Below, in pieces: positions 1 to 8,548 of a stretch of 44,923 nucleotides of DNA (positions are counted from its first letter, which is position 1; each line of letters starts with the position of its first letter). The notes under the pieces are model-generated. The model did not search any database and had not been told where the DNA came from. It saw only the letters and a list, made by a program, of their open reading frames with translations. Source of the DNA: Patescibacteria group bacterium (GTDB taxonomy: Bacteria > Patescibacteriota > Minisyncoccia > Phycocordibacterales > Phycocordibacteraceae); NCBI GenBank assembly GCA_004296925.1, contig SCVI01000037.1, positions 1-44,923 on the forward strand, given 5' to 3'. A program made the position numbers and the translations under genes.

Positions 1-82
1 ATTTATAATCTCGTTAAAAACCACCGAGTCAATACACAATCAAAAGTGGATATAGAGAGTATAGCTGAAGCTCTATAATAGG

Positions 83-751
83 TCAACCTTCCTTACCGCC
101 TCTTTTCCACTCTTCAATTTTGGCATGGTTTCCTGAAAGGAGTACTTTTGGAACGGAGTGATTCTTCCCTGCCCATTTCAAAACTTCAGGTCTTGTATAC
201 ACCTCGGAGCTTGCTACCCTCTCTTCCTCTATAGACTCAAACGAACCCAAAACCCCCGGGATTTGCCGTGATACTGCATCAATAACAACCATAGCTGGTA
301 ACTCGCCTCCTGTAAGCGTATATGAACCGATGGAGATTGGTTTTGCTTTAAGAATTTTCTGAACCCTCGCATCAATACCTTCATAGTGTCCGCATATCAA
401 CACTATGTTGGACCTCGTAGGTCCAACATTTCTAGCGAGCGCTCTGGCATCTGTGTTGGTAAATTGTTTACCTGAGGCGTCAAAAAAATAAACTACACCT
501 TTTTTTCTTCCAAGTGCTTTTTTAACCGCCTTCAAAAAAGGTTCTGCTTCAAGCACCATACCTGGGCCTCCGCCGTATGGTCTTTGGTCAACTCTATGCC
601 ATTTATTTTTAGTAAAATCGCGTGGATTATAAAATTTAACTTTAATCCACTTATCCTTAATTGCTCGCCCGATAATAGAAGCCTCAAGGTACGAAGTGAG
701 TGCGTCAGGAAAAAGCGTCACTACATGAAATGTAATCGGAGATTTTTTCAT
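83..751 (-). CDS. trmD: tRNA (guanine37-N1)-methyltransferase TrmD
   Basis: 222-aa ORF. It has the N-terminal FHVVTLFPD segment and the RPYGGGPGMV knot/SAM motif typical of TrmD. It lies in the conserved rpsP/KH/trmD neighbourhood and ends on TGA. Confidence 0.95.
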   Translation of the reverse strand: MKKSPITFHVVTLFPDALTSYLEASIIGRAIKDKWIKVKFYNPRDFTKNKWHRVDQRPYGGGPGMVLEAEPFLKAVKKALGRKKGVVYFFDASGKQFTNTDARALARNVGPTRSNIVLICGHYEGIDARVQKILKAKPISIGSYTLTGGELPAMVVIDAVSRQIPGVLGSFESIEEERVASSEVYTRPEVLKWAGKNHSVPKVLLSGNHAKIEEWKRGGKEG

Positions 752-757
752 TGAAAT

Positions 758-934
758 TTATACATCTATATCAAGAATGGTTCCTTTGCCATCCTCCCGG
801 TTTCGTGGTCGAGGTGTTGTAGGAGCTTCTGGTTTTTTATTTCCCACTTTCTTTCCTCCACGTTCTTGATCGCGAGGTCTCTGAAATGGAAATCCTGTTC
901 CTTCTGAAGGGTTGAGTGGACCAATTCGTATCAT
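758..934 (-). CDS. small basic hypothetical protein (58 aa) in the position where rimM normally sits
   Basis: Internal ATG (codon 72) of the 758..1147 ORF, located downstream of the KH-gene terminator and 6 nt upstream of trmD. The product MIRIGPLNPSEGTGFPFQRPRDQERGGKK... is Pro/Arg/Lys-rich. There is no clear RBS and it is too short to be RimM. Confidence 0.25.
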   Translation of the reverse strand: MIRIGPLNPSEGTGFPFQRPRDQERGGKKVGNKKPEAPTTPRPRNREDGKGTILDIDV

Positions 935-964
935 AGTAAAACTATACCTTAGGTTAGAAATATT

Positions 965-990
965 AAAACACCCGCTGTTGCGGGTGTTTT
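965..990 (-). terminator. rho-independent terminator-like hairpin after the KH-domain gene
   Basis: AAAACACCCGC-tgtt-GCGGGTGTTTT is a perfect 11-bp stem. On the minus strand the 3' arm ends in T4 followed by AATATTT. It lies 18 nt past the KH gene stop. Confidence 0.6.
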
Positions 991-1007
991 TGTGAAACCC
1001 AAAAATA

Positions 1008-1418
1008 CTAGAGTCGTAAATCTTCAAGCGCTTCATCAACTGAACGGGACGCAGATCCTTGTGGAGCTTCGCGTTGTACTTCAGGAGTTCTTTCAGAACT
1101 TCCTCCAAATGAACTACCTGATGGAGCGTTTGATGAAAAAGAACCACTACTCATTGGTCGCGAGCTTCCTGCGGGTTCATTAATCTTTAGGTTTACACGT
1201 GCGTTGTTTTTCATACCAACAACACGAAGAAGAATACGGACAGCTTTTGCCGTATTACCAGAGCGACCAATTACCTTACCCATATCTGCCGGATTTACAT
1301 CGAGCGTGAGCAAAACACCCATTTCATCTACCTGACGATTTACTTTTACATCTGACGGGTTGTCGACAAGCATTTTGACGACGTATTCTAGAAACTCCTG
1401 ATCCTGATAATTATCCAT
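1008..1418 (-). CDS. KH-domain RNA-binding protein (YlqC/UPF0109-like) with Ser/Gly-rich C-terminal tail
   Basis: The N-terminal ~80 aa match the small KH protein family: LVDNPSDVKVN...VNPADMGKVIGRSGNTAKAVRILL, which contains a GxxG loop. The position next to trmD is typical. The extra ~55 aa are low complexity. Confidence 0.85.
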   Translation of the reverse strand: MDNYQDQEFLEYVVKMLVDNPSDVKVNRQVDEMGVLLTLDVNPADMGKVIGRSGNTAKAVRILLRVVGMKNNARVNLKINEPAGSSRPMSSGSFSSNAPSGSSFGGSSERTPEVQREAPQGSASRSVDEALEDLRL

Positions 1419-1592
1419 ACGGAATATAGTGACCTGATAAAAAGAGCCAGTAATGACTTACTCTTCCAGTATTATGCGGAACCAGGGTTCGGTCAACCCC
1501 ATAGTAAAGGTGATTTTGACGGAGCACTCCGTCGTCTTTGGTAATAGCTATAGGTACACCTTTTATACTGAGCAATGTATACTCATTTCTAG

Positions 1593-2999
1593 ATGCAGTC
1601 GCCACCCACAACGCTCATAATCTTTGGAGCTACCGGCGACCTCACGGTACGCAAAATCATACCGTCTCTCTATTTCCTTTTTGAAAATTCTCGTCTCCCT
1701 GCGAATTTCAGTGTCATTGGTGTTTCAAGACGCGACATGTCGGGTAACGCATTTCGTGATTTTGTTGCCGGAGTACTTACTAATTCATCACGTGGGAATT
1801 TAGATTACAGAAGTTTGGATCGTTTTCTCGATATTTTTACGTACAGCAAAGTTGAGTTCCAAGAAGAGGCAGGTTACCAAGAACTCGCGCGAACTCTCGA
1901 CATGCGTGATCGTTCTCACGGAAAAACAAACCGACTTCTCTATATGGCAGTTCCTCCCACTATCTTCCCTACCATCTTTGCGCACAGCGGTTTCAAAAAA
2001 ATTATTGAAGGTGGCTCAGTGGGAGGACTCCTCGCAAGAGTCATAGTTGAAAAACCATTTGGTGAAGATGCCGCGTCTGCACAATCGCTCGAGCAATTAC
2101 TCTCCACTTGTTTTACAGAAGATCAAATTTACAGAGTCGATCATTACTTAGCAAAAGATATTCTCCAACAAATTGTTGACTTTCGTTTCGCAAATAATCT
2201 TTTCGAAGAAAGTTGGGACAAAGACGCTATCGAATCTGTTCACATTCGTTTATGGGAAACATTAGGAATTGAAAAACGAGGAAATTTTTACGATAAGATA
2301 GGGACGTTCAAAGACGTAGGTCAGAATCATATGCTGGAAATGCTTGCTCTTGCCACTATGGATGCACCAAAAAGCTTCGATGCTCAAGACTTGAGAGCAG
2401 AAAGAATTAAAGTGCTTCAAAAACTTCGACCTCCTCAGGAAAAAGACATGGCAACTCATGCATTTCGTGCGCAACATGAAGGATATAGATCTATTGAGGG
2501 CGTAGACCCAAACTCAACTACAGAAACATACTTTGCTGTTCGAGCAGAGATTGACTCTCCTCGATGGAGCGGGGTTTCTATTTTTTTAGAATCTGGAAAA
2601 CGTATGCATGAGGCACGGAAAGAAATTATTGTTACGTTTAAAAAACCATTTCAAAACACCATCACCTTTCGCATCGAACCACGCGAAGAAATGATAATTG
2701 AGTTTATGTCAAAGAAGCGAGGAATCTTTGAGGAAGGTAGAAAGAAACGGGAGTTTCGGTTTTCTCTTCACGAAATGGATGCAGGAAAGCAGTACCTAGC
2801 AGAGTACGGAAAAATGATTATTGAGGCAATTGAAGGTGATCAAAAGCTTTTCTTAAATAAAGAAGAAGTAGCTGCCGCGTGGCATTTTACCGACCCTATT
2901 ATAAATGCTTGGAAAAAGAACCTCGTCCCCCTTGCTTCGTACGTTCCCGGAAGTGACGAAGCAATCCATTCTTTTACTCAAAACCCAAATATGCTTTAA
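1593..2999 (+). CDS. zwf: glucose-6-phosphate 1-dehydrogenase
   Basis: 468 aa. It has the N-terminal IFGATGDL dinucleotide-binding motif, EKPFG, and RVDHYLAKD (a variant of the G6PD RIDHYLGKE active-site motif). Confidence 0.95.
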   Translation: MQSPPTTLIIFGATGDLTVRKIIPSLYFLFENSRLPANFSVIGVSRRDMSGNAFRDFVAGVLTNSSRGNLDYRSLDRFLDIFTYSKVEFQEEAGYQELARTLDMRDRSHGKTNRLLYMAVPPTIFPTIFAHSGFKKIIEGGSVGGLLARVIVEKPFGEDAASAQSLEQLLSTCFTEDQIYRVDHYLAKDILQQIVDFRFANNLFEESWDKDAIESVHIRLWETLGIEKRGNFYDKIGTFKDVGQNHMLEMLALATMDAPKSFDAQDLRAERIKVLQKLRPPQEKDMATHAFRAQHEGYRSIEGVDPNSTTETYFAVRAEIDSPRWSGVSIFLESGKRMHEARKEIIVTFKKPFQNTITFRIEPREEMIIEFMSKKRGIFEEGRKKREFRFSLHEMDAGKQYLAEYGKMIIEAIEGDQKLFLNKEEVAAAWHFTDPIINAWKKNLVPLASYVPGSDEAIHSFTQNPNML

Positions 3000-3028
3000 T
3001 CAAATTAATATCCAATTTACATATCGAT

Positions 3029-3949
3029 ATGAATAAAGAACTCGCGATAGTTGGACTTGGGAAAATGGGTTCCAATATGGCACGCCGAATGATGGAAGAA
3101 GGTTGGCATGTTGTTGGTATCGATAAGAATCCAGAAACTGCGAAAGCTCTTGAAGCCGAAGGAATTAAAGCAGTCGATTCATACGCTGAAATGGCAACTG
3201 CTATGAAGCAAAGAAGAATTGCGTGGCTCTTGGTACCTGCAGGCGAAGCAGTGGATGAAGCACTATTTGCTCCAGGAGGTATTGCAGAGTCCTTTTCTGA
3301 AGGAGATGTGGTGATTGATGGTGGAAACTCTTTTTATAAAGACTCTGAACCACGCGCAAAGAAACTTGCAGAGAAAGGTATTCACTTCATAGACGTTGGT
3401 ACATCTGGTGGGCCTGCTGGCGCGCGAAATGGAGCGTGTCTCATGATTGGAGGTTCGCGTAAAGGTTTTGAAAGTATTGAAGAACTCTTCAAAGATTTTG
3501 CAAAAGAAAACGGATACCAATTCTTTGAAGGAGCTGGAGCAGGACATTTTGTAAAAATGGTTCATAACGGTATTGAGTACGGGATGATGCAAGCCTTAGG
3601 TGAAGGATTTGAGATTATGGAAAAATCGGACTACAAACTTAACCTTACGCGAGTAGCAGATATTTATAACAACGGCTCTGTCATTGAATCTCGCCTCGTA
3701 GGATGGCTAAAAAAAGCGTTCGAAGAAAGAGGTGAAAATTTGAACGGAGTATCAAGTACGGTTTCTCACACGGGCGAGGGCGAATGGACGGTTAAAACTG
3801 CGCGGGAAATGGGTGTTAATGTGCCTGTAATCCGCGAGTCGTTTGATTATCGAGTGCAGTCTGCAAACAATCCCAGATACACAGGGAAAGTGGTATCAGC
3901 GCTCCGCGAACAATTTGGAGGACATGATGTTAAAGAAAAATCCGCGTAA
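3029..3949 (+). CDS. gnd: 6-phosphogluconate dehydrogenase (decarboxylating), short ~300-aa form
   Basis: 306 aa with the GLGKMGSNMARR Rossmann motif and the HFVKMVHNGIEYGMMQALGEGF signature of 6PGDH. It starts 29 nt after zwf. Confidence 0.9.
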   Translation: MNKELAIVGLGKMGSNMARRMMEEGWHVVGIDKNPETAKALEAEGIKAVDSYAEMATAMKQRRIAWLLVPAGEAVDEALFAPGGIAESFSEGDVVIDGGNSFYKDSEPRAKKLAEKGIHFIDVGTSGGPAGARNGACLMIGGSRKGFESIEELFKDFAKENGYQFFEGAGAGHFVKMVHNGIEYGMMQALGEGFEIMEKSDYKLNLTRVADIYNNGSVIESRLVGWLKKAFEERGENLNGVSSTVSHTGEGEWTVKTAREMGVNVPVIRESFDYRVQSANNPRYTGKVVSALREQFGGHDVKEKSA

Positions 3950-3960
3950 TGCGGATTTTT
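3936..3960. terminator. bidirectional rho-independent terminator shared by gnd (+) and the rpsP unit (-)
   Basis: AAAAATCCGC-gtaat-GCGGATTTTT is a perfect 10-bp stem with A5/T5 flanks. The gnd TAA stop sits in the loop, and convergent genes lie on both sides. Confidence 0.7.
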
Positions 3961-4127
3961 TATTGCTTTGTTCGTTCGGTTCTAATCTCACCAATAATTA
4001 CTCTTATAAGATCCCTGGCGCTTTCAACTGGACGAGGTTTGCCTTCCAAATGCCTCATAGGAAGCACATCTCTGAGTTCTTGTTCTAAATCTGAAAGAGT
4101 TGGCGTAGGGCGAACCTCAAATGCCAT
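3960..4127 (-). CDS. small hypothetical protein (55 aa), below the ORF-track cutoff
   Basis: Hand translation: MAFEVRPTPTLSDLEQELRDVLPMRHLEGKPRPVESARDLIRVIIGEIRTERTKQ. The ATG is 5 nt after the rpsP TAA. The stop abuts the base of the 3936-3960 terminator, so the ORF exactly fills the gap. Confidence 0.35.
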   Translation of the reverse strand: MAFEVRPTPTLSDLEQELRDVLPMRHLEGKPRPVESARDLIRVIIGEIRTERTKQ

Positions 4128-4132
4128 GTAAG

Positions 4133-4564
4133 TTATGCAGCGGGAGTTTCCTCTGCTGGAGTTTCTTCTGCTGGATTTTCTTCAGCAACTACTGATTCAG
4201 CAGGTGCCGCCTCTTCAACAGGAGTTTCTGCTACTTCAGCGGGTGCTACCGACGCAGCCTTTACTTCTTCAGCTGGAGCTTCTTTTACGATAGGAGTTTT
4301 CTTTCCAAGTACGTTAACCTTCTTACCTTCTATAACTCCCTTCGTGATGAAAAGATTGTTTACAGTTCCTGAAAGCTGAGCGCCTTTTGAAATCCAGTGT
4401 TTTGAGCGTTCCGCATCAATAACAGTGTGTTTAGTTTTTGGATTGTGTGAACCTAAAATCTCAAGCGGATTACCTGCCTTTGGACTTCTCTGTTTCTCAA
4501 GTACAACAATACGGAATGATGGATCATTCTTGCGACCGACGCGCTGAAATCTGATTGTAAGCAT
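4133..4564 (-). CDS. rpsP: 30S ribosomal protein S16 with acidic Ala/Glu/Pro-rich C-terminal extension
   Basis: MLTIRFQRVGRKNDPSFRIVV... is the canonical S16 N-terminus. The start is placed at Met13 of the 4133..4600 ORF. The last ~50 aa are low complexity (PAEE/ETPAEE). Confidence 0.93.
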   Translation of the reverse strand: MLTIRFQRVGRKNDPSFRIVVLEKQRSPKAGNPLEILGSHNPKTKHTVIDAERSKHWISKGAQLSGTVNNLFITKGVIEGKKVNVLGKKTPIVKEAPAEEVKAASVAPAEVAETPVEEAAPAESVVAEENPAEETPAEETPAA

Positions 4565-4605
4565 AGGAGAGACTCTACCAAGAAAGCACCAAAAGGTCAA
4601 AGATA

Positions 4606-4905
4606 TTAGAACCCTGGACCATCACGGCGCCCTATATCTTGCTCCATGTGATACATTTCCATGCCAGTTAAATTGTGCCGTCTTTGAAAGTCTTTCAGCA
4701 ATCGACGACGCGCTGGTATAGTAATCTCCCCTAAATTTTCAAACTTAAAAGGTGAAATAATTGGTAAAAAGAGACCTACTATCACATTACGCTGGGATAG
4801 CCGTTCCCGCTTCTTTTCTATACGCTTATGTGTTGCTTGGCGCAGTCTAAAAATAATAGATCGAACACGTCCTTGATACTGCCAGGTTCGATCTTCATCT
4901 TCCAT
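4606..4905 (-). CDS. hypothetical protein (99 aa)
   Basis: This is the only long ORF in the 4606-4962 gap, 41 nt upstream of rpsP on the same strand. The start is trimmed to MEDEDRTW to avoid overlapping the divergent rnr start. I recognise no family. Confidence 0.4.
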   Translation of the reverse strand: MEDEDRTWQYQGRVRSIIFRLRQATHKRIEKKRERLSQRNVIVGLFLPIISPFKFENLGEITIPARRRLLKDFQRRHNLTGMEMYHMEQDIGRRDGPGF

Positions 4906-4962
4906 ATTTTCAAAGTAAAACAGAACTAACGCTATGTCAATATCTGTGCTATACTGCCACAA

Positions 4963-6900
4963 ATGCCAAAGCATACTAAAAAGACTGCCGCTTCACATAC
5001 AAAAAAGAAGGTAGAACCGAAAAAAACAAACCGAATAGAAACCGTTATTTCCGTTACCAGGAGTGGTAAAGGATTTCTTCTTGTGCCCGATGGCGACGTG
5101 GTGGTATTTCGTGAAAACTTAGGGGGTGCCCTTTCTGGAGACCTAGTGGAAGCATTGATTACTCCTCGCGGAAAAACGAAAATAGGTCGCGTGCTTAAAG
5201 TACTTGAAAGAAAAACAAATTCTTTTGTTGGCGACATTGTTAAAACTCCAAAAGGAATGATGTTACGTCCCGACGATGGTCGTGTATATTTTGACTTTTT
5301 AATTGTAGGGAGCAGTGGTGCTCCAGAAGGACACAAAGCAGTCTTGGACATTTTGGATTGGAACACTCCTACACCACAAGGAAACATCAGAACCGTCATT
5401 GGTCCTGCTGGTAATCATGAGGTGGAAATGCAAGCAATCGTTCTTAGTAAAGGATTCGAAAGCGGCTTTCCTGAAGCAGTCTTAAGAGAGGCGGAATCGT
5501 TGTATGAGCGCGCATGGGATGAAAAAGAAATAAAATCGAGACGCGATTTTAGAGAAACACTGACCTTCACCATAGACCCTGAAACTGCAAAAGATTTTGA
5601 CGATGCAATTTCTTACGCACCACATCCTGATGGAAGTATGGAAATAGGTATTCATATTGCTGACGTTACCTATTTTGTACGACCCGGCACACTCATTGAA
5701 AAAGAATCCTATAAAAGAGCAACTTCTGTCTACTTGGTCGACAGAACCGTACCTATGCTCCCGCCACAACTCTCTGAAGATTTGTGCAGTTTAAAACCAG
5801 ACGTAGACCGACTTGCCTTTTCAGCAATCTTTACAATAAAAAACAATAGAGTTGTTAGTGAGTGGTACGGAAGAACCATCATTCGTTCACAAAAAAGATT
5901 CACCTACGAGCAAGCTGACACTACACTCAAAGATGCATCGCTTCCCCTCCATACTGAATTAAATGCAGTCTGGAAATTTGCATCAAAACTTCGTACCGAT
6001 AGATTTGAACAGGGCGCAATTATGTTTGGCTCTGACGAAATTAAACCTCTCGTTGATGAAAATGGCGTGGTTACGGGATTTAAACGCTCAGAATACACCG
6101 AGTCACACCAACTAATCGAAGAGTTGATGCTCCTTGCAAACCGTTCTGTTGCTACATTTGTATCAAAAAAATTAGGAGCTAAGAGCAGACTGTTTGTATA
6201 TCGTATCCACGATGTACCTAACGCCGAAAAACTAGAAGAGCTTTCAGTATTCCTTAGAGCTATCGGCTACCAGCTTGAAAATCCTAACAAAGCAACAGGA
6301 AGAGATATAAATAAATTGCTCAAAGAAGTATCTGGTAAAACAGAAGAACGACTTATAAAAACAGCCACTATCCGTTCAATGGCAAAAGCCGTTTACACCA
6401 CAAAAAATGTTGGGCATTACGGTCTCGCCTTTGAAAACTATGCTCACTTCACCTCCCCTATTCGTAGATACCCAGACACCATGGTGCATCGCATGCTCGC
6501 TAAAATATTGAATGGTGAGAAAGTGACTGATGACCCAGCTGAGCAAGAGCGAAGAGCTGTCCACGCATCAGAGCGTGAAGTATCAGCAGCTGAGGCCGAA
6601 CGCGCAAGCGTCAAAATGAAGCAAGTCGAATACTTTGCCAACCTTATTGGCAAGGAACGAGAAGGAGTTGTTTCTGGTGTTACGGAATGGGGTATTTATG
6701 TAAGCGACAATGAAACTGCAGCTGATGGCATGGTTCGCCTCACAACACTCACAAACGACACGTATGAATACAACCCAAAAAAATATGCAGCTGTTGGATC
6801 AAATCCTACAAACATCATTCGTCTTGGTGATCCTGTTCGCTTTGTTGTAGAGCGCGCCGACCTAGAACAACACACGCTCGACTTCAGACTATTGATCTAA
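4963..6900 (+). CDS. rnr: ribonuclease R / RNase II-family 3'-5' exoribonuclease
   Basis: 645 aa. RNB-domain motifs are present: DPETAKDFDDAISY, IHIADVTYFV, SVYLVDRTVPMLP and HYGLAFENYAHFTSPIRRYPD. The C-terminus is S1-like. Confidence 0.93.
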   Translation: MPKHTKKTAASHTKKKVEPKKTNRIETVISVTRSGKGFLLVPDGDVVVFRENLGGALSGDLVEALITPRGKTKIGRVLKVLERKTNSFVGDIVKTPKGMMLRPDDGRVYFDFLIVGSSGAPEGHKAVLDILDWNTPTPQGNIRTVIGPAGNHEVEMQAIVLSKGFESGFPEAVLREAESLYERAWDEKEIKSRRDFRETLTFTIDPETAKDFDDAISYAPHPDGSMEIGIHIADVTYFVRPGTLIEKESYKRATSVYLVDRTVPMLPPQLSEDLCSLKPDVDRLAFSAIFTIKNNRVVSEWYGRTIIRSQKRFTYEQADTTLKDASLPLHTELNAVWKFASKLRTDRFEQGAIMFGSDEIKPLVDENGVVTGFKRSEYTESHQLIEELMLLANRSVATFVSKKLGAKSRLFVYRIHDVPNAEKLEELSVFLRAIGYQLENPNKATGRDINKLLKEVSGKTEERLIKTATIRSMAKAVYTTKNVGHYGLAFENYAHFTSPIRRYPDTMVHRMLAKILNGEKVTDDPAEQERRAVHASEREVSAAEAERASVKMKQVEYFANLIGKEREGVVSGVTEWGIYVSDNETAADGMVRLTTLTNDTYEYNPKKYAAVGSNPTNIIRLGDPVRFVVERADLEQHTLDFRLLI

Positions 6901-6940
6901 AAGGGGTCTGCGTTATCGAGAATGATGGTGGCTCTACAAA

Positions 6941-7060
6941 TTAAGTGCCACAAACATCGCATAGTCGTACCTTCTTTCCGTGCGAGCATATAGCATTACA
7001 TTCTTCACAAAACGCATGGTGGCGTAAATGAACACAGTAGACTGGATTTCTTTCTGACAT
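6941..7060 (-). CDS. putative 39-aa Cys/His-rich zinc-ribbon mini-protein
   Basis: Hand translation: MSERNPVYCVHLRHHAFCEECNAICSHGKKVRLCDVCGT. It has two CxxC pairs (C18/C21 and C34/C37) plus extra Cys and His residues. It lies in a 355-bp gap that is otherwise unannotated. No obvious SD. Confidence 0.3.
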   Translation of the reverse strand: MSERNPVYCVHLRHHAFCEECNAICSHGKKVRLCDVCGT

Positions 7061-7109
7061 AGTGAAAAAACATAAAGAGATTTAAATAAAGAGACTATTT
7101 GGGGTTATG

Positions 7110-7138
7110 TAAAAATTTCTGGGCTTATGCCCAGAAAT
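7110..7138 (-). terminator. rho-independent terminator ending the long minus-strand nusB...gdhA transcription unit
   Basis: On the minus strand ATTTCTGGGC-ataa-GCCCAGAAAT forms a 10-bp stem followed by TTTTT. It lies 118 nt downstream of the gdhA stop. Confidence 0.6.
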
Positions 7139-7255
7139 AGAAACCGAAAAAATAGAAAGCAACAGCATTGATGATGCCCATCTGGCGAAGATCAATTGCT
7201 ACTGCTTTGGTCATTAAAATAATGCTAACAAGCAGTTCAATGACTGTCAAAATTT

Positions 7256-8530
7256 TTACAATACACCCCTATCGCGCTTTGCTTGCAAAATTCGGTCTGC
7301 AGCTAAGACAAAAGATGAAAGTCTGTACGGTACGCCGTGCTCTTTTGCTGCCTTTGAAACAGAACTCCACGCAACACTCATAACTTCTTTTAGAAGATCA
7401 TTGGTTTCGGTGCGTTTCATCGCTCTCCCTGTTTTTCCTTGAATCCATTCAAAATAAGACACAGTTACTCCGCCCGCATTTGCCAACACATCAGGTATCA
7501 CTGGTATTCCTCTGTTTTCTAATACTTCATCTCCTTCTGTTGTGGTAGGACCGTTAGCAAGTTCTAGCACCACGCTAGCTTTTATTTTTTCAGCGATTTC
7601 TTTTGTAATAACTCCATCAAGCGCAGCAGGAATCAACACATCACACTCCATTGTCAGGACGTCATCCGCCTCCCCGAGCGTTACCCCTTCGGTCTGCAAT
7701 TTACTTTCATCACACACAGAACCTTGGCAATACATGTCACGTATTGATTGTTTTTGATTTTTTATATGAATAAACACGTTAGGATCAATTCCCTTTTCAC
7801 TCATTACAGACCCTTTTGAATCTGCAATCCCAACAATAATAAATCCTCGTTCATGCAGAAGCTGTGCCGCTGTTGCACCTGCATTTCCAAACCCGTGTAC
7901 CGACACCTTCAATCCTTTCCCTTCAATATTTTTCTCAGCGAGATACGCTTCCAACACAAAAACACCACCCATTGCTGTAGCGGTATCTCTCCCAGGGGTA
8001 CCTCCTAACGATAACGGCTTCCCTGTAAAAGTTGCGGGTGCACTTTTACCAATAATTTTTTCATATTCATCGAGCATGATGCCCATGATTTGTGCGTTCG
8101 TATACACGTCAGGTGCGGGCACGTCTATATCCGGCCCTAGGTGTTCATGCATCTCTCTCACAAACTCACGCGCAACAGTGTAGACTTCATCACTTGAATA
8201 CTCCTTCGGATTAAACGTCACACCTCCTTTCCCTCCACCCATAGGAATATCAACAACCGCACACTTAATTGCCATCATTGCAGCTAACGCCTTTACTTCA
8301 TCCAAATCAGCTTTAGGGTGAAATCTTATACCGCCCTTGTAAGGTCCACGCGCATTCGAAAACTGCACACGATACGCAGACAATTCTTGAGCCTTACCAC
8401 CAAGAGTCACTTTCAATTTTTTCTCAATAATACGGTCAGGAGTTTGAAGTGCGTCTGCTTCCTTTTGAGAGAGGTTCAAGAGGTCACCTACTCTGGCGAC
8501 GTTTCTACGATACTGATCAAATGGATTCAT
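7256..8530 (-). CDS. gdhA: NAD(P)-specific glutamate dehydrogenase
   Basis: 424 aa with the GPYKGGIRFHP catalytic-Lys region, the GFGNAG dinucleotide fold, and the overall Glu/Leu/Phe/Val dehydrogenase layout. Confidence 0.95.
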   Translation of the reverse strand: MNPFDQYRRNVARVGDLLNLSQKEADALQTPDRIIEKKLKVTLGGKAQELSAYRVQFSNARGPYKGGIRFHPKADLDEVKALAAMMAIKCAVVDIPMGGGKGGVTFNPKEYSSDEVYTVAREFVREMHEHLGPDIDVPAPDVYTNAQIMGIMLDEYEKIIGKSAPATFTGKPLSLGGTPGRDTATAMGGVFVLEAYLAEKNIEGKGLKVSVHGFGNAGATAAQLLHERGFIIVGIADSKGSVMSEKGIDPNVFIHIKNQKQSIRDMYCQGSVCDESKLQTEGVTLGEADDVLTMECDVLIPAALDGVITKEIAEKIKASVVLELANGPTTTEGDEVLENRGIPVIPDVLANAGGVTVSYFEWIQGKTGRAMKRTETNDLLKEVMSVAWSSVSKAAKEHGVPYRLSSFVLAADRILQAKRDRGVL

Positions 8531-8548
8531 AATATATCCTCTACTATA

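Noticed and set aside
758-1147. Full-length 129-aa ORF as a single gene
   Set aside because: Its upstream 70 codons overlap the KH-domain gene out of frame and cross the 965-990 terminator hairpin. Only the distal 58 codons are kept, as a low-confidence candidate.
1411-1611. 66-aa minus-strand ORF in the KH/zwf divergent intergenic region
   Set aside because: It overlaps both flanking start codons, has no recognisable features, and the region is more economically explained as a divergent promoter region.
4932-5399. 155-aa minus-strand ORF overlapping the 5' part of rnr
   Set aside because: It is antisense to the RNase R N-terminus, has a low-complexity composition, and conflicts with both rnr and the trimmed 4606..4905 ORF.
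7088-7101. 14-mer ATAAAGAGACTATT shared between 7088-7101 and 39571-39584, both near minus-strand starts
   Set aside because: A rough estimate (window length squared over 4^14, both strands) predicts several chance 14-mer matches in a window of this size. The flanks do not extend the match.
7125-7214. 29-codon hydrophobic mini-ORF (MTKAVAIDLRQMGIINAVAFYFFGFYFWA) just downstream of gdhA
   Set aside because: It is too short to support from sequence alone. Its stop codon falls in the loop of the terminator hairpin, so the ORF may be incidental to that structure.
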